A stretch of DNA of 64,000 nt from Botryllus schlosseri (Eukaryota). The stretch covers positions 22,446,001-22,510,000 of the forward strand of contig CM119376.1 of assembly GCA_051294905.1 (NCBI GenBank), written 5' to 3'. Made by a program: the position numbers and the translations under genes. This document shows, piece by piece, positions 1-12,662 of the stretch (its first letter is position 1; every line of letters begins with the position of its first letter). The notes under the pieces were generated by a model. The model did no database searches. It saw nothing but the letters and a program-made list of their open reading frames with translations, and was not told the origin of the DNA.

Positions 1-3000
1 TAAAGGATTTAATTCCGTACACAGGTGCCACTATCACGTCTATGCAATTACTCGACTATATGGTATATACAGAAAGCATTTTCTTGGCTAATTAAAATAA
101 GTTTCGGCGGAATTTGTTGACTTGGTCATATTCAAGTCAACGCCGCAAATGAATAGCTTATAATGAGAAAGCTTATGTTGGCTTGGACATTAACGTTTAA
201 TAATTAATGTGTCACTATTTCGAGACAGGACGAACACAATGCTTTGTATACTGGTTTTTCTATACATGGGAGTTTCTGTATGAATGTTTCCGTTCCGTCG
301 GAAAACATCAGATTCATATGGTTATAAAGAATGGGGGAAATTTTTAGAAATCCTGCTTTCCCCGAAGAAATGATAACGTCTCACTCATAGAAAACCGCAT
401 TGCGGTAATTCATGCGGTAAACACCCTTCGTTGCTATTTGTAAATTACAATGAGCATGGATCAAGTCTAGTATATTTGTCACGTATTTCGCTCTATATTG
501 CAGGTACGCGATTTTATTATGTTGATGCTGCCGAAGACTTTTCTACACGCTGAATCATAGCACCAACGAATGCACCGCACAGATGTAATGTGACGTAGCG
601 GTACTGAAATCGAACCAAAACCGTGATCTAATGATACGTAATTCGCACCCAGGAACACATCATACATTAGCACTAAATTAGTAGAAGTATAGTACCACGG
701 CGACCAACGCCCAGCGTATACAATTTGTAACTGCCCCAATGATGGTTTATATATTTTTGGTTTGTGTACGTAAATTTGCAACCCATTATTCATCCCATCA
801 CCTTCCATATCATACGTGTGGTTTGCAGCAGTCACCCTAGTCGCTGGACGCACAGTGTTTCGACGCAGGTCCTGACGATCGTGACAAGAGGGCAAGTACA
901 TTACCGGGCACTTTCATACACGGTAATTGAAAAAGTGCATGCGTTGATTGATAGGAAAATGGTAATTGGCAGATTGATCGATACGTCGCCCGTTCACTTA
1001 GCCCCCTTTATAATCGATTACCGACGGGCCAATCGAGAATGACCGTTCTGGCACAATTATCGCGATTACTAATTCGGGTCTGCCCGCGGTGAATCGAGTA
1101 CAGGACACACCGCAATCAACAGAGGTGGCATATATGGAGGTCTCTGGGAGCCGCAAAATGGTGATCGCGGCGACCGTAAATTCGATTTACAGACAGCTTA
1201 ATCTGTTTGTGAAATCTTATCGCTGAATCTGATCGTGACAAAAGGCCATCGCCTATCCGATACGTGTCGAAGTTTGGTGCAAGTCTACGTCTGTACAGAG
1301 TGTGTACAGGCACCTTGTTTATGTTATTTACACAAGTAATTTTGTATATTAAAGAACACAAAAATGAAGACGGAAGTTTTGTTGTTATTGCGATTGTCGC
1401 TCGGAATGTTTACCGTTCGATCAGGCGATAGGCGCATACGTGAATCCACACAACCACGTCTGCTCTTGGCACATATTCTGGCTTTTGAGACAACCGCGAA
1501 CCATTTTGAGATTTGACAGGCATTACAATTCCTAAACCATGTCAGCGTACATGTTACGTCGCTGGTAGGTAATAAGTAATAACCCTTTCTTGTCGATGTC
1601 GCGTTTTTGTTTCCCGCGTGTCGCGTAATTCCTGCGGATATTTTTAGATGGGTTAATACAGACCTTTAGTAGCAATGGCGCTGAACAAATCGGTTTTTGG
1701 CCTGTGATAGTTAATTCTCATTACGCGACCGACGTTGCTATACCGCGGTGGTCCTGTACGGTGACAGTTTCTCAGGACACGAATACGGCGGTAACACGAT
1801 GTTAACAGTGCGATGTAATATTCCTGGTTCTCAGGCATTAATACAGACGCGCGTCCTCTTCTTATCTGGCGTCACTCAACGGATGGCTTTGCCGGCGAAT
1901 GTTATGTTTTATCGGCGGTGCAGCGGGACGGCTTGAGTCAAATCTCTAAGTGAGTTTTGTTGTTTTTGACGCCTTCACTCACATCTCAAATGCGCCGAGG
2001 CGATTTCGTTGTTAAAGATTAATGAGTGGTAGTATGGTCCATCATCTTCTGTGTTTTTAGCGACTCTACCGACCTAGCTTTGAACTCGGAGATCATGCGA
2101 ATCCAGCCAGGCTCGGTCGCAGATGATGGAAATCCGAATTGATGCATGAATCCCGAAGCGCATCGGCTGCCTGTGCTGTTGTCGAGTCACGTGTAAAATT
2201 TACCGACGTCCTTCTTCTTCCTATAATATAAATATTTTGCAACGATACATTTTCCATTATGCGCCATAAGCAAAATATGTCGCGCCTAGCCATTTTGCCT
2301 GCTGGCTTCAAATAACAAAGTACCGTGAACTACTGTGTCACGAAATTCTACCGATATTGCAATTTCTGTACGATCCCAAATACTTCGGCGATTAATAAAA
2401 GCAATTATGCACATAACATCGGCGATGAAATATGAGGGGCGTCTATAGAGACATTAACATTCTGATAGAATCTTAGCATGTATGTCACAAATCCAATTTA
2501 GTATACAAATGAACCACATCATGGATATCTGGTAGTGCCGTTCATCGACGTTCACTTTCCTTACTCCAAAAATGTGGACTATATTACACCTGATTAGTAC
2601 AAACCATGTGCTATTGTTGCGGCTGGAAAACGAACTAAATCTTGTAAACTACAAAACAGCGATAAAATGAAATTTAACAAGTGTATTTAGACGGCGTAAT
2701 GAATTGGATTTTAAACCATGTGTTTGCATAATTCCCGTCTTCGTTTTTACACTTGATTGGATTTCACGGATTAACTTATTGCCCTCCACTACCGACTGGG
2801 CGTTTCATCAGAGACGATGAGATATTTTTAAATTTACAGAATTCGAAAATGTATCGTATAGTTCAATAGGGGTAATGCCTGTTAATACATAATCTGTACA
2901 GGAAGTCTTGAACTGCGTATATAAGATTATATCTTATTGAGCGTTCATGCGCTGATACGAGAATGTAAAAAACTGTGTACCCGTTTCGCATATTAGGTGT

Positions 3001-3772
3001 AAAGGATTCCGCGACTAATATTTATAATGTTTTGTATCCGCTTTGGGTCCGATGAACCCGGTCCCAACCCCTACTCGTCTTATCAAGATAGCGAAATTAT
3101 GTCTTTCTGTCTAACATAACTTCAGCTCGATTAAAGTGCGGTTGTGTACCGTGTGGCATAAAATTGAAATGGGATGTTATGGTTCACAACAAGCAGCCAT
3201 AAATGGATGCCGATGACGCGACATATTTTAAATAAACAAAACCCAAATATGTATGGTAGGCCGTGCAGAAGAACCGCTTCCCATGGTGCCTAGTCGTTGT
3301 GACATTATGACGTTGCTATGACGAATATTTCAACGACCTCATCAAATAGGTCAGAAAATCGAAAGTGGTGCTCAACGCGCTGTTTAAATGTTGGGACATT
3401 GGAGATTATATGGAGTTTCATAAGTTCTTGACTGTTTGTAGGAAAGTACTGATGAAACTAAAAATATTGACCAATCAATATTACCTCGAGGCATTCTACT
3501 TGCCTCTTTGCCGCATTTCACTACAGCGTATTTGAACCCTTAAATCCCCATTTCGATGTTGTAATTTGTCATGAAAGTTCTAAGTAATTCTATAGTATAG
3601 TCACCTATTGCACGCGCATCTCAAACATTATTAACATACCTTATCGCTGGATCTCAGATGATTCGCAACGTTCAATAACTTTTCTACATTGTTTATCACG
3701 ATATGTTGGATTTTACTGAAGTGTATTTTCGGAATGCCTATAGAATTGGGTGTCAGTTGGCAGGTTCGTGTG

Positions 3773-3930
3773 CAATGTTCCCGCTAAGCTGCGCACGTGC
3801 GCAAATGCGCAGTGCTGACACGGTCTCTGCGCACAGAAAATCTAATTTGCGCACAAAAAATCCGAAGTGGTGACATTTTTTTTAGTCGTTACGCACTGTT
3901 TTCGAAGGGTCTGCGCAGTGAGTTGGTGTG
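3773..3930 (+). mobile_element. Left-end fragment of hAT-like family A
   Basis: Nearly identical to 17802-17945 (caatgttccc...gcgcacgtgcgcaaatgcgcagtgctga). Confidence 0.7.
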
Positions 3931-5101
3931 TGGAACTGCGGACCGGGCCGACTATCGCAAATTCCACAATCAAAGCCACGGACCACGGGGTGTTCAATCA
4001 TTTTGCTATTCACCGCCGCATCTCCATTACATGCATATAGCGTGCGGTCACATACGCAGTGGAAATTCTTAACCTGGACGCTACATATACCCATGTTAAA
4101 TTGGCTACTGGGTGGCTTCGCACCGCGGACAGACATTGTGGTGTTCTGTGCCATCACTGTTTTCTTGTTAAATGCGCTGAATAGTTTCTAATTGCAGAGG
4201 CAGAACAGAACGCCTATACGCAGTCGCACCGAAATCGCAAGCCGGCAACTTCCTAAATACTCAGAAGTTAAAGTAGTATGGTGTTTTAAGCTGTTTGGAC
4301 GATTCTTATGTTGCAACCTTTATCCGTTTTTTTTCATGCAACTTTTTGCAACTTTCTTCTACTTTTCATGCAACTAATTTTTACTGGAAATATTTAGCAC
4401 TATATGTAAATAGATCGCACAATTATTTCACTGTCGTTTAAATTTTAGGTCCTTTCTGATTTGACGTACATTCAGGCTAGAATTCCTAAAATTATATTTT
4501 CATTGGGTCAATTTTTTTCAGGCTATTGATTTTGATAAGTCGCCATCACTGAGTTTTGGTACAGTGCCTTGCATACGGATCGATTCGAGTATCCCATAAC
4601 CTAATGATTTCAAGGAACTTGCCCTTAAATGCAACTTCTTAGTGGAACTTTTGTGAAAAATAAATGCAACTTTCCACGGATGTGACTGCAACAAAAACTT
4701 GCCCTAATGATGATGCGTTTACGGGTTGTTTTTAGTCGTTTTTCTGCGTGCCGTTATTTCTTCACCTACAATCAGGATTTTCGGTTTAGTCAAATATATA
4801 TTGGAATCTCCCAAACGTACCAGAAAACCCTTCACTCGTGAGACACAAACGATCACAGGATGGTATTGAATATTGAATGAAATAATGCAAACAGGACATT
4901 AAAAACTCAAAGATCTAGCCCAACCCTTATCTGAAGTAAATATGCCAACTTGGACTTAGCATGTGGCTTATTTCCATGAACGTTTCACTTCAACTGTTGA
5001 CTCGAGGGTGGAAGAGGGTAAAAATTGATGACCCGGCTCCAGCCAAAGATGAGAAAATCCGGCCGGATATCCAATCCGGTTCCGGTCCATGCCCCGCTCT
5101 A

Positions 5102-5213
5102 CTAGATAAACCTCCAACAAATAGGTAGCAATTCTGGAGTCGACCTCGGTCGGATTCGAACCCGCATCCCATTGGTGTTGCAGCCGTGGATCATACCACT
5201 GCGCTATCTCGCC
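5102..5213 (-). mobile_element. tRNA-derived SINE, 5' head fragment
   Basis: Minus strand has A box TAGCGCAGTGG and B box GGTTCGAATCC; colinear with 47164-47275. Confidence 0.8.
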
Positions 5214-5377
5214 ATGGGTTGGCATTTGTAAGGTAAGGGTCGGATTGCAAGGAAACTACTACAATAAAAACTATAAATTTAAGTCAACCTGAATCGCGCG
5301 ATGCGCTGAATTAAAATTTCTTAAGATTCAATTCGTTAATTTAAATTACATGTGCACAGTCGCCAGCAACTCTAGGG

Positions 5378-6085
5378 TAGGGTTGCCATACGTCCGGAAT
5401 TTCCGGAAACATGTTAAAACAGCGTCCGGGAGGAATTTCTGAAATATGTCTAAATGTCCGGAATTTTGAGGTGAGCTCATACTTTTTTCCTAAATCAACA
5501 GAAACAATATTATTTTTGGGCAGATTTATGCTACATGAAATTTTTCTTCGCGCTGGGCGCGATTTAGTAGTATCACATATATTGGTTTAATATATAGAGT
5601 CGATTTAGGCCGTTTGGACGTGACTAAACGATGGACATTGTACAATTACGCTCCTTGCATTTTCGAAGTCAGCATCCTGACCACCAACCCTACCGCCAAC
5701 TCTGATCATGTGGGCAAAGAGACGATCAAATTATATAGTAATATATGGAAGAACCAATATCATTGACAAATTCAAATCATTTAACGACCTGATGCATATA
5801 GAAACCAGATGCATATAGTAAGCCCCAGAAATTGCATCAATTACGATGGGCTCAGATCAGTGTTTATTTGGGCGGGAGGGGGCTGAAAAAATGTGACTTC
5901 GGCCCTGGTTACAACACACAACCATATACTCCTGAACCGGATCGTGACCACCTCTGGTCGATACACAAAGCTTTGGTGGTATAACGTCATATTGATCCAC
6001 AATGTGCTCATACCTCATTTTGTTATTCCGCTAGTGGCCGCTAAAGAGCGTCCGGAATTTGAATTACAAAAATATGGCAACCCTA
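5378..6085 (+). mobile_element. Non-autonomous TIR element, family L (TIR tagggttgccata)
   Basis: tagggttgccata at 5378, tatggcaacccta ending 6085; homologous to 36917-38047. Confidence 0.75.
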
Positions 6086-6088
6086 CCC

Positions 6089-6413
6089 TAGAGTTACCAT
6101 ATTTTGGAATCAGGAAAGATGGACACTTTTTCACAAATTTCATACATAGAATACCGCAGGGAAATCTTGAAAAATTTGTAAATTTTACCCACTTCGTGGT
6201 CGGTTAACTAAAAAAAGGTTAACTTCCCGGCTCAGCTCCCGAAATAGCCGCCGGAGCGTTACTTCAATGCTGATTTACTGTATATCAATCGATTTGCCCT
6301 GTATTTAACCAAAATTTCAAATAAAGAGGACAAAATGTCAAAAAGGAGGACAATTAGGCGTCTTCGGAGGACATTTTCAAAAACCTCAAAAAGGAGTACG
6401 TGTGGTAACCCTA
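6089..6413 (+). mobile_element. MITE family M (TIR tagggttacca, subterminal ggaca repeats)
   Basis: Homologous to 53701-54014 and to 35588-36035 (inverted). Confidence 0.7.
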
Positions 6414-7112
6414 TAAGCAACCCACGCTGATCCAACAGTGTGTAGACTACAGCATAAGTATTGTTCCGCTGCCGCAGTTGACCAGTAAATGGACCGCGCA
6501 AAAGTAGAAAGATGTTAAACTTATTTATAGCTTAGTGTACCATCAGACACCGGGGCTGTTTTGAACGATACGTAATGAAATCATCTTTGTATGCCAAGTT
6601 GATAGGATAAATAGTTGTGGCGATAATGTTGAGTTCCATTGGGATAATCGTATTGATTTATATGTCCGCGCGGAAATGAACTGAAAATAGCAAGCATTGC
6701 TCCACTGCCGCAGGTTGACAACCTCTGCACTAAAGTCATAGGCGTGGCTTACATAAAATTTTGCATGTGTGTGAGAGGGGGATCACCTGGTGATTCCCTT
6801 GGTTACGCCTTCGATGGGACTCATCGTCTGAGTCTAAGTCCAAAATGACTCCTTCACACGAGCATCCCAGACGAAGTAGACTAGCTTTTATCTTTGTATT
6901 CTCGTGCAAAATGATTACACGTTGCATACAATTGCAAAACATATGCATTGCATTACGGCAGGGTAAATAAGTAAGATTCAATCGTTGTAGACGGTGGAGA
7001 ATTACATTACTTGACAAAATTACATTACTCGACAAAATTGTTTAAAATGAAATAAGTCCAAGAGTGAAATCACAGGAGAAAGTTTAATTATTGAGAGCTT
7101 TGCCTGCTACCC

Positions 7113-7374
7113 TGTCCGCCGTTTTCATTGTGAATTTTGTGATAGTCCGCCCTCCTGCAGTTCCACTCGGTCTGCCGTTTAGTATTTCGAGTTCCACATG
7201 TTCTATGTTCCGCTTTCGAGTTTGAGCCATTTTATGTTAGTCGGCTTGGTCCGCAATTCCGCTCGTCTCGCCGTCTAATATTACAAGTTCCGTTGTTCCG
7301 CGTCCCGCAGTTTAGGTTTTAGTCATTTTGTCTTGACCAGCCTGTTCCGCGGTTCCGCTCGGTCCGCTGTTTAG
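7113..7374. repeat. Degenerate tandem repeat, 96-bp period, interrupted by family B insertion (resumes 8656-8705)
   Basis: gcagttccactcgg-like units start at 7157, 7253 and 7349. Confidence 0.6.
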
Positions 7375-8655
7375 CAGAGGTGGTCAGTAACGAAGTACTT
7401 CTACTTTTTCGAAGTACTCAATTAGTTTTTCACTACTTCTGGTACTTACTCAAGTAGATAGAATCTTCGCTACTTCTACTTCTACTTCATAATATTTAGT
7501 GATCTACTTACTTACTTTTCGCTATTTTCAGTTTGTCAAGTAGAAGTAGTGTAACCCTCCAATTAGAAAGAGAAACTGGGGAATTCTCGAGCTGTTTTCA
7601 CGGAGTTTTACCTTTCAATTTTAAGAAAATTTAAGTCACACCCAGAATTTCCGTCGCGCTTCACAGCTAGTAGATATTGAGTTACAAATATGTTTTCACG
7701 AAAGTGAATCTTATTTAGGTTGCAGGTTGCATTGCACCACATTGTCGACCATATGACATATTTCGTCACAGTAAATATGGCCCATCATAACGTTTGAAAC
7801 TACCGTTTCGCAATCTAGCATTTACCCATCATATCGTAATCTAGCAGCCCATGGCGTGTCCTAATCTGGAAAAGTGGGCTCTGACTTTTTGAACGTTAGA
7901 TCTGTTTTAACAGACCACCGTTAAAACTGTCACGACAAAAGGCATAAAATACATTTTCCGCTTTTCTGATGTAGTATTGGAAGTTGTCGTTCGCAATTCA
8001 GAGTATCATTACTTTGAGTTCTAATTACTTTCAGTTCTTTTGTCTGGAGAACATATATGTTTACATTTAAAAGCAAGTGTAGCATCGCCGTCTATTTTCC
8101 TACGATACAATTGCACTATATGGCATTTTAACATTATGCCATATTTTTTATCATCGTATACGATTCGCGCAAAGTGTTAACATCGTATCCATACAACTTC
8201 TCCGTATTGCTCTTCGACTACATTAAAGGCCGTAATATGCGCGTATGGCCGTAACATGCCATGACATTTTCTAAAACGGGATGTTTTAGTAAACAAAAGG
8301 CTAGTATCTCATTTCCATAGCAAAACAATCATTTACATCTCATGATTCAGTCGAATGCTCATGCTGTCGGAAATTTATACCTTCTGGGATGCATCAATAT
8401 GCATTGTACATGAAGCTCTCTGCACCCTCCTCATAGCTCAATTGCAGCTTTTGAAAGTCCATGCAAAAGTATTATGACCGTTTTCAAAACTACTTACTTA
8501 CTTGAGTATATTTAAAGCCAGCAAATTCTACTTCTACTTCAACTAGTTTTAGGTTGCTTGTGTAAGAAGTACTTCTACTTGTACTCGAGTAGATTTTTGC
8601 GTCGTTACTTCTACTTCTACTTGAGTAGCTTTCTTGGCTACTTTGACCACCTCTG
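7375..8655 (-). mobile_element. hAT-like non-autonomous element, family B (TIR cagaggtggtca, agtag/agtaa subterminal repeats)
   Basis: Perfect 8-bp TSD ctgtttag at 7367-7374 and 8656-8663; homologous copies at 17024 and 48571. Confidence 0.92.
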
Positions 8656-9007
8656 CTGTTTAGTATGGAAAGTTCCGTGGTCCACTCGTTCCGCCGTTTA
8701 GATTTGGCCGATAAATGCCTCTGTTGTAATATACATAAATAACCTACGGAGGTTAGTTATCCGTAGGTCAGTCATCCACAGTCGTAAAGAGTCTTGCGGA
8801 AGCAACGTTGCTTAGCGCCACCTTGTGACTTTTATATCACATATTATGATTCGAAATGTTGCTCTCGTTAGGGGCAATGCGACGGGTTGTTGTTGTTGTT
8901 TGTGGTATTCATGGTGTTTGTCGACTACTATGGTCATTTACACCAGGCCGATATTCCTTCTTTTTGATTCCGTATTGCGGGTCGTATTACAGCGGATTAC
9001 CTCAGGG

Positions 9008-9773
9008 CAGTGTTGGGATGTCAAGTCATGAGTCATGAGTCATGACTCGAGTCACTTTGCAAAAATGACTTGACTTGACTTGACTCGCCGCTTCAGAGAG
9101 TCATCAAGTATACGGTGTCGATTATATCACTGTATCTTGTTTATGTTCGGATTGTTCGCGATACTTGTGAGAGCAACCAGTCAATCACTGATTGTACGTC
9201 TTACTGATCCTCCATTGCTACATCACAAATCAATTGACAGCAAACGAAATTATCGCAGCTCACGTTGATGTAATAGCAGTAGATTAATTTAATAGTAAGG
9301 TAGGCCTATCTCTGTTTTCTAGACGGCTCAGTGCTAACATTGCGCAGTGTTCACCTTAACCAACCCTCTTGTATGATTTGAATCGAACGAATGTAGTTTA
9401 TGCGTTTATATAGTCTCACGGATGTGTACATGGCTGTATTTTACCATATTAATTTGCTTCAAGTTCTCGAGCCTTCGTATTCGATCCTCTATTTTGGCTC
9501 ACGCTAACGCCTTTTCGTATGTATTGTCTATTTTACACTATATGTGTTGATTGATTCAAGATAAATGACCAATCAATTTGTTTTTCACACAGCTAGACTT
9601 TGAATCATCACTCATACTTCGCAAATTCAATTTGACTTGAATTGTAACTTGACTCGTGACTTGACTTGACTTGACTTGACTTGACTTGACTCGACTCGAC
9701 TCGACTCGACTCAAAATGTGCAATGACTCGAGATGACTCGTGACGCGAAGGTAGTGACTTGATCCCAACACTG
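9008..9773 (+). mobile_element. hAT-like MITE family K (TIR cagtgttgggat, tgact/gagtc arrays)
   Basis: Perfect TSD cctcaggg at 9000-9007 and 9774-9781; second copy at 45197-46033. Confidence 0.92.
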
Positions 9774-12293
9774 CCTCAGGGGCATAAATTTTAAAAAGGT
9801 AACCCAAAGTGCCATGCTGAAACTTTTCCAGCGTAAGCAAATTTAAAAAGGGCTATTGTCGCCTTTCCTGAACTAAACCGCATGCTTCCCATTACGTAAT
9901 AGACGAGACAATCCTGATTTGAAGAGATAGAATGTAACTGCTGGACATAAGCTACAACCAAATGTTGCATATTCAGGCATAGTATATAATGCGCCTATAC
10001 AAATCTGAAATTTATTATGGTAACGTACATCACGCATTATTTGTAAACTCGATGTCGTCTATGAGATCAATAATAATCTCGTGTGTCTCTTCAAAAACTA
10101 TCTCAATCACGACTCTTCGCTTCGTTATTCCTATTTGCAGTCACACAGCTCAAATAGTATTTCTCTTTCTCTAACAATTCCGAACGAAAATTGTTCTGGC
10201 GTAGTGTGATGCGGTGTAGGCCCGGCGTATTCGTTTTCAGGAATACAAGAGACTTGACTGTGCATGCAAGCGTGGATTTTGCTAATTATTTTTATATCAC
10301 CTTTCGGGGTTCTCTGGAGACCAGGGCTGGGGCTGAGGCTGCTTTTGGGTCGGAATGAGATATACAGCGATGCGAAGGAAGATATTGAAACTATATTCTT
10401 TGTGTACCTTCCATGCAGGCCGTATAGCGTGTACCATTTGTACAATTGTACATATAGCGGTTTCGGATTGGCGTTTCCGCTTCTGCATGCGCATAACTAT
10501 TTGTGGTCGACTTTTCAAGATAACTCTAAACTGAGTGTGCACGTCTGTGCCTTCTGCGATCCCAGAATGTGGTGTCAATGTCACCGACTTGTTCCTAATG
10601 GTGACTTGAGAGAAAACTCAACACTGCTGCCATGAATATTGCTGTCTTGAGGGAATATTTAGAAAAAGTATTTCTTACTAAGAATCTCAACTTTTGCTAC
10701 AAACGTGCTGGGTAGTACAGGGAGTTTTTCAGTAACTCAGAATTCTTTTGCGTGCCGGCTGAAATCCTATGGTGGGCCATATGATTGACACCCCTGCTTT
10801 AATTTATATACAATACATAGGATGAGGAAACTTATCAACGCTATAAAGGCTTATGAAATCCTGTAGTCGCTTGATTTGTAATATATCGTTTGGATAAAGT
10901 AAGGCTTGCTAGCCGCAGAGTCAGAGAAACAGTTAAATAGCGCTCAACAGCACGCCTGTTAGTTAAAGCTACATGCTTAATGACCTCTCGCCGTACCCCA
11001 GCTGCAATTTAAAAACATTTGGCTCTGTCATCTTATTCACATTAAATGTAGTCTTTACATCGACTTTTGGAGCACTTGCAATAAAGTTGTGTCAAAATAT
11101 TTTTCACGTGTTGATACGATGGTTATGCCTACACGGCTCCCAGTTTGGAATAACTTCTTCATATGCCTACACCGGATTATGCCCGCTCCTATGGTATTGG
11201 TCATCTCGCAGCTCCGCCTGATCTGAGAAGATTAAAGATGCAGATACAAAGCATAATATAAGCCACTTGTCTCAATTAATGTGAATAAACACATCTTGTG
11301 AGGATTATTCATATAATCTGTACTTACCGTATCCTCTGTATAGATGGAAGAATGCCTAAAAGTAGTGATGGCTAGGTATTTCGAGTCGAATCCCTGCATT
11401 TACAACGGAGCCGGAGCCAATATTTCTAATAATATATTCATTTCGATATAATATTAACATTGTTGCGTTACATTTTTCATCTGAACAGTTACACACAATG
11501 TACAATGCGATGTCAAATAATAAACAAGACGTTGCTACGTTTGACAAAATTCACATTAGTTAATAGCCAACCTTTATAAGAATAAGAATTATTGCTGACC
11601 TATCACGATGCTGGGAATGTTAACAACAACATTTACGTTTGCCCTGGTCAATATAGTGTTTCTAGCGCACCTGTATCTTATCAAGTCATTGGTGAAACAA
11701 TTACTTCCGCTAGATGGCGCGACGAAATATCGGCGGATAGTCAAACGCCTGGACACGCTGAACTGGGAGATCATGCTCTCGGGATGAATCCTTTATTACA
11801 ACAAAGTTCCAGGTGGAGTAAGATTTTGTACAGATGAAGTAAAATCGTGAATATATTGCGAGATAACCAAGTGCAGGCGATTCTGTCATAGCCTCTATTG
11901 AGAAGATGAGGTGCACCTTATGCCTCCCTCGGGCCCTCCATGGCTCTTAGTTACTTTGTAAATCTTCGCAACACGTTTTGAGCACGGATAGCACGATTTA
12001 CTTATCCACGAGTTCGACTTTTACACACATAGGAACGCTCATTATGCAGTAAGATCGCAAAGAATCACGTGGACATGACACATCGCCGTGATCAGCTGAT
12101 TGGTTCTTTTCATAACTCTATCAGTTAGTGAATCAGTCGTTTTGTTAGATGAAAAAACACCTCGTGTGTTACACACTGCTAAATTGTTTACCGAGACATC
12201 ACATATCTCGTGCATATACAGGTGGCACTCATACGAACATATCGGAATAATGGACTGAGTTTTCTCTCAGGCCCTGCAGATCCGGGTCTGAAG

Positions 12294-12554
12294 ATCTTAT
12301 TTCGATAAGATATCGCTGATATTCCTTACTTTCTGACGTCACAATATCCATACTAGATGTTTACAAAAGCTTGAAATATTGCTGAATGTGTTCTATACGC
12401 TCTCACATTATCGGATAACCATCCCGTGGAACTGTTCCATATGCCCGACCGACGTGGCGCACGTCTCAAGCGAATGATGTGACATTTTTCCGAATGAGCA
12501 TAAAAGGAACAGCATGACCACAAGATTTCATAACGTCTGACTCGGAAGGTCACG
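12294..12554 (+). promoter_or_regulatory. Putative proximal promoter of gene 1
   Basis: Blocks shared with the paralogous upstream regions: atcttatttcGATAAGatatc (12294-12314), TCCCgtGGAActgttCCATATG (12422-12443), CATAAAA (12499-12505). Confidence 0.55.
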
Positions 12555-12662
12555 ATGGAAGCTCTTTTGTATCTGCTCATTGCGAGCATGGCGGCATTGT
12601 CGCATGCGCACTATCATGTGTTGGTGGCTGATGGCTCACAACAAGATGATGGAGGATCGTCG
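12555..12662 (+). CDS. Gene 1 exon 1: signal-peptide exon of VIT-like/7xCUB secreted protein (MEALLYLLIASMAALSHAHYHVLVADGSQQDDGGSS)
   Basis: ATG at 12555, 36 open codons with a hydrophobic core and an S-H-A small-residue cleavage pattern, then canonical donor GTGAGT at 12663 (phase 0). Two paralogous exons occur at 35331 and 50484. Confidence 0.88.

Noticed and set aside
479..901. 140-aa minus ORF starting MYLPSC, as in the Hox11 N-terminal motif
   Set aside because: The match stops after six residues; no homeobox or other recognisable motif nearby.
5370..6093. Apparent inverted TSD (ctctaggg / ccctagag) around the family L element
   Set aside because: The right flank overlaps the start of the adjacent family M element, so the symmetry is probably incidental.
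9640..9715. Regular (tgact)n/(cgact)n and (agtag)n arrays as CRISPR-like or satellite
   Set aside because: No unique spacers; they are subterminal repeats inside TSD-bounded hAT MITEs.
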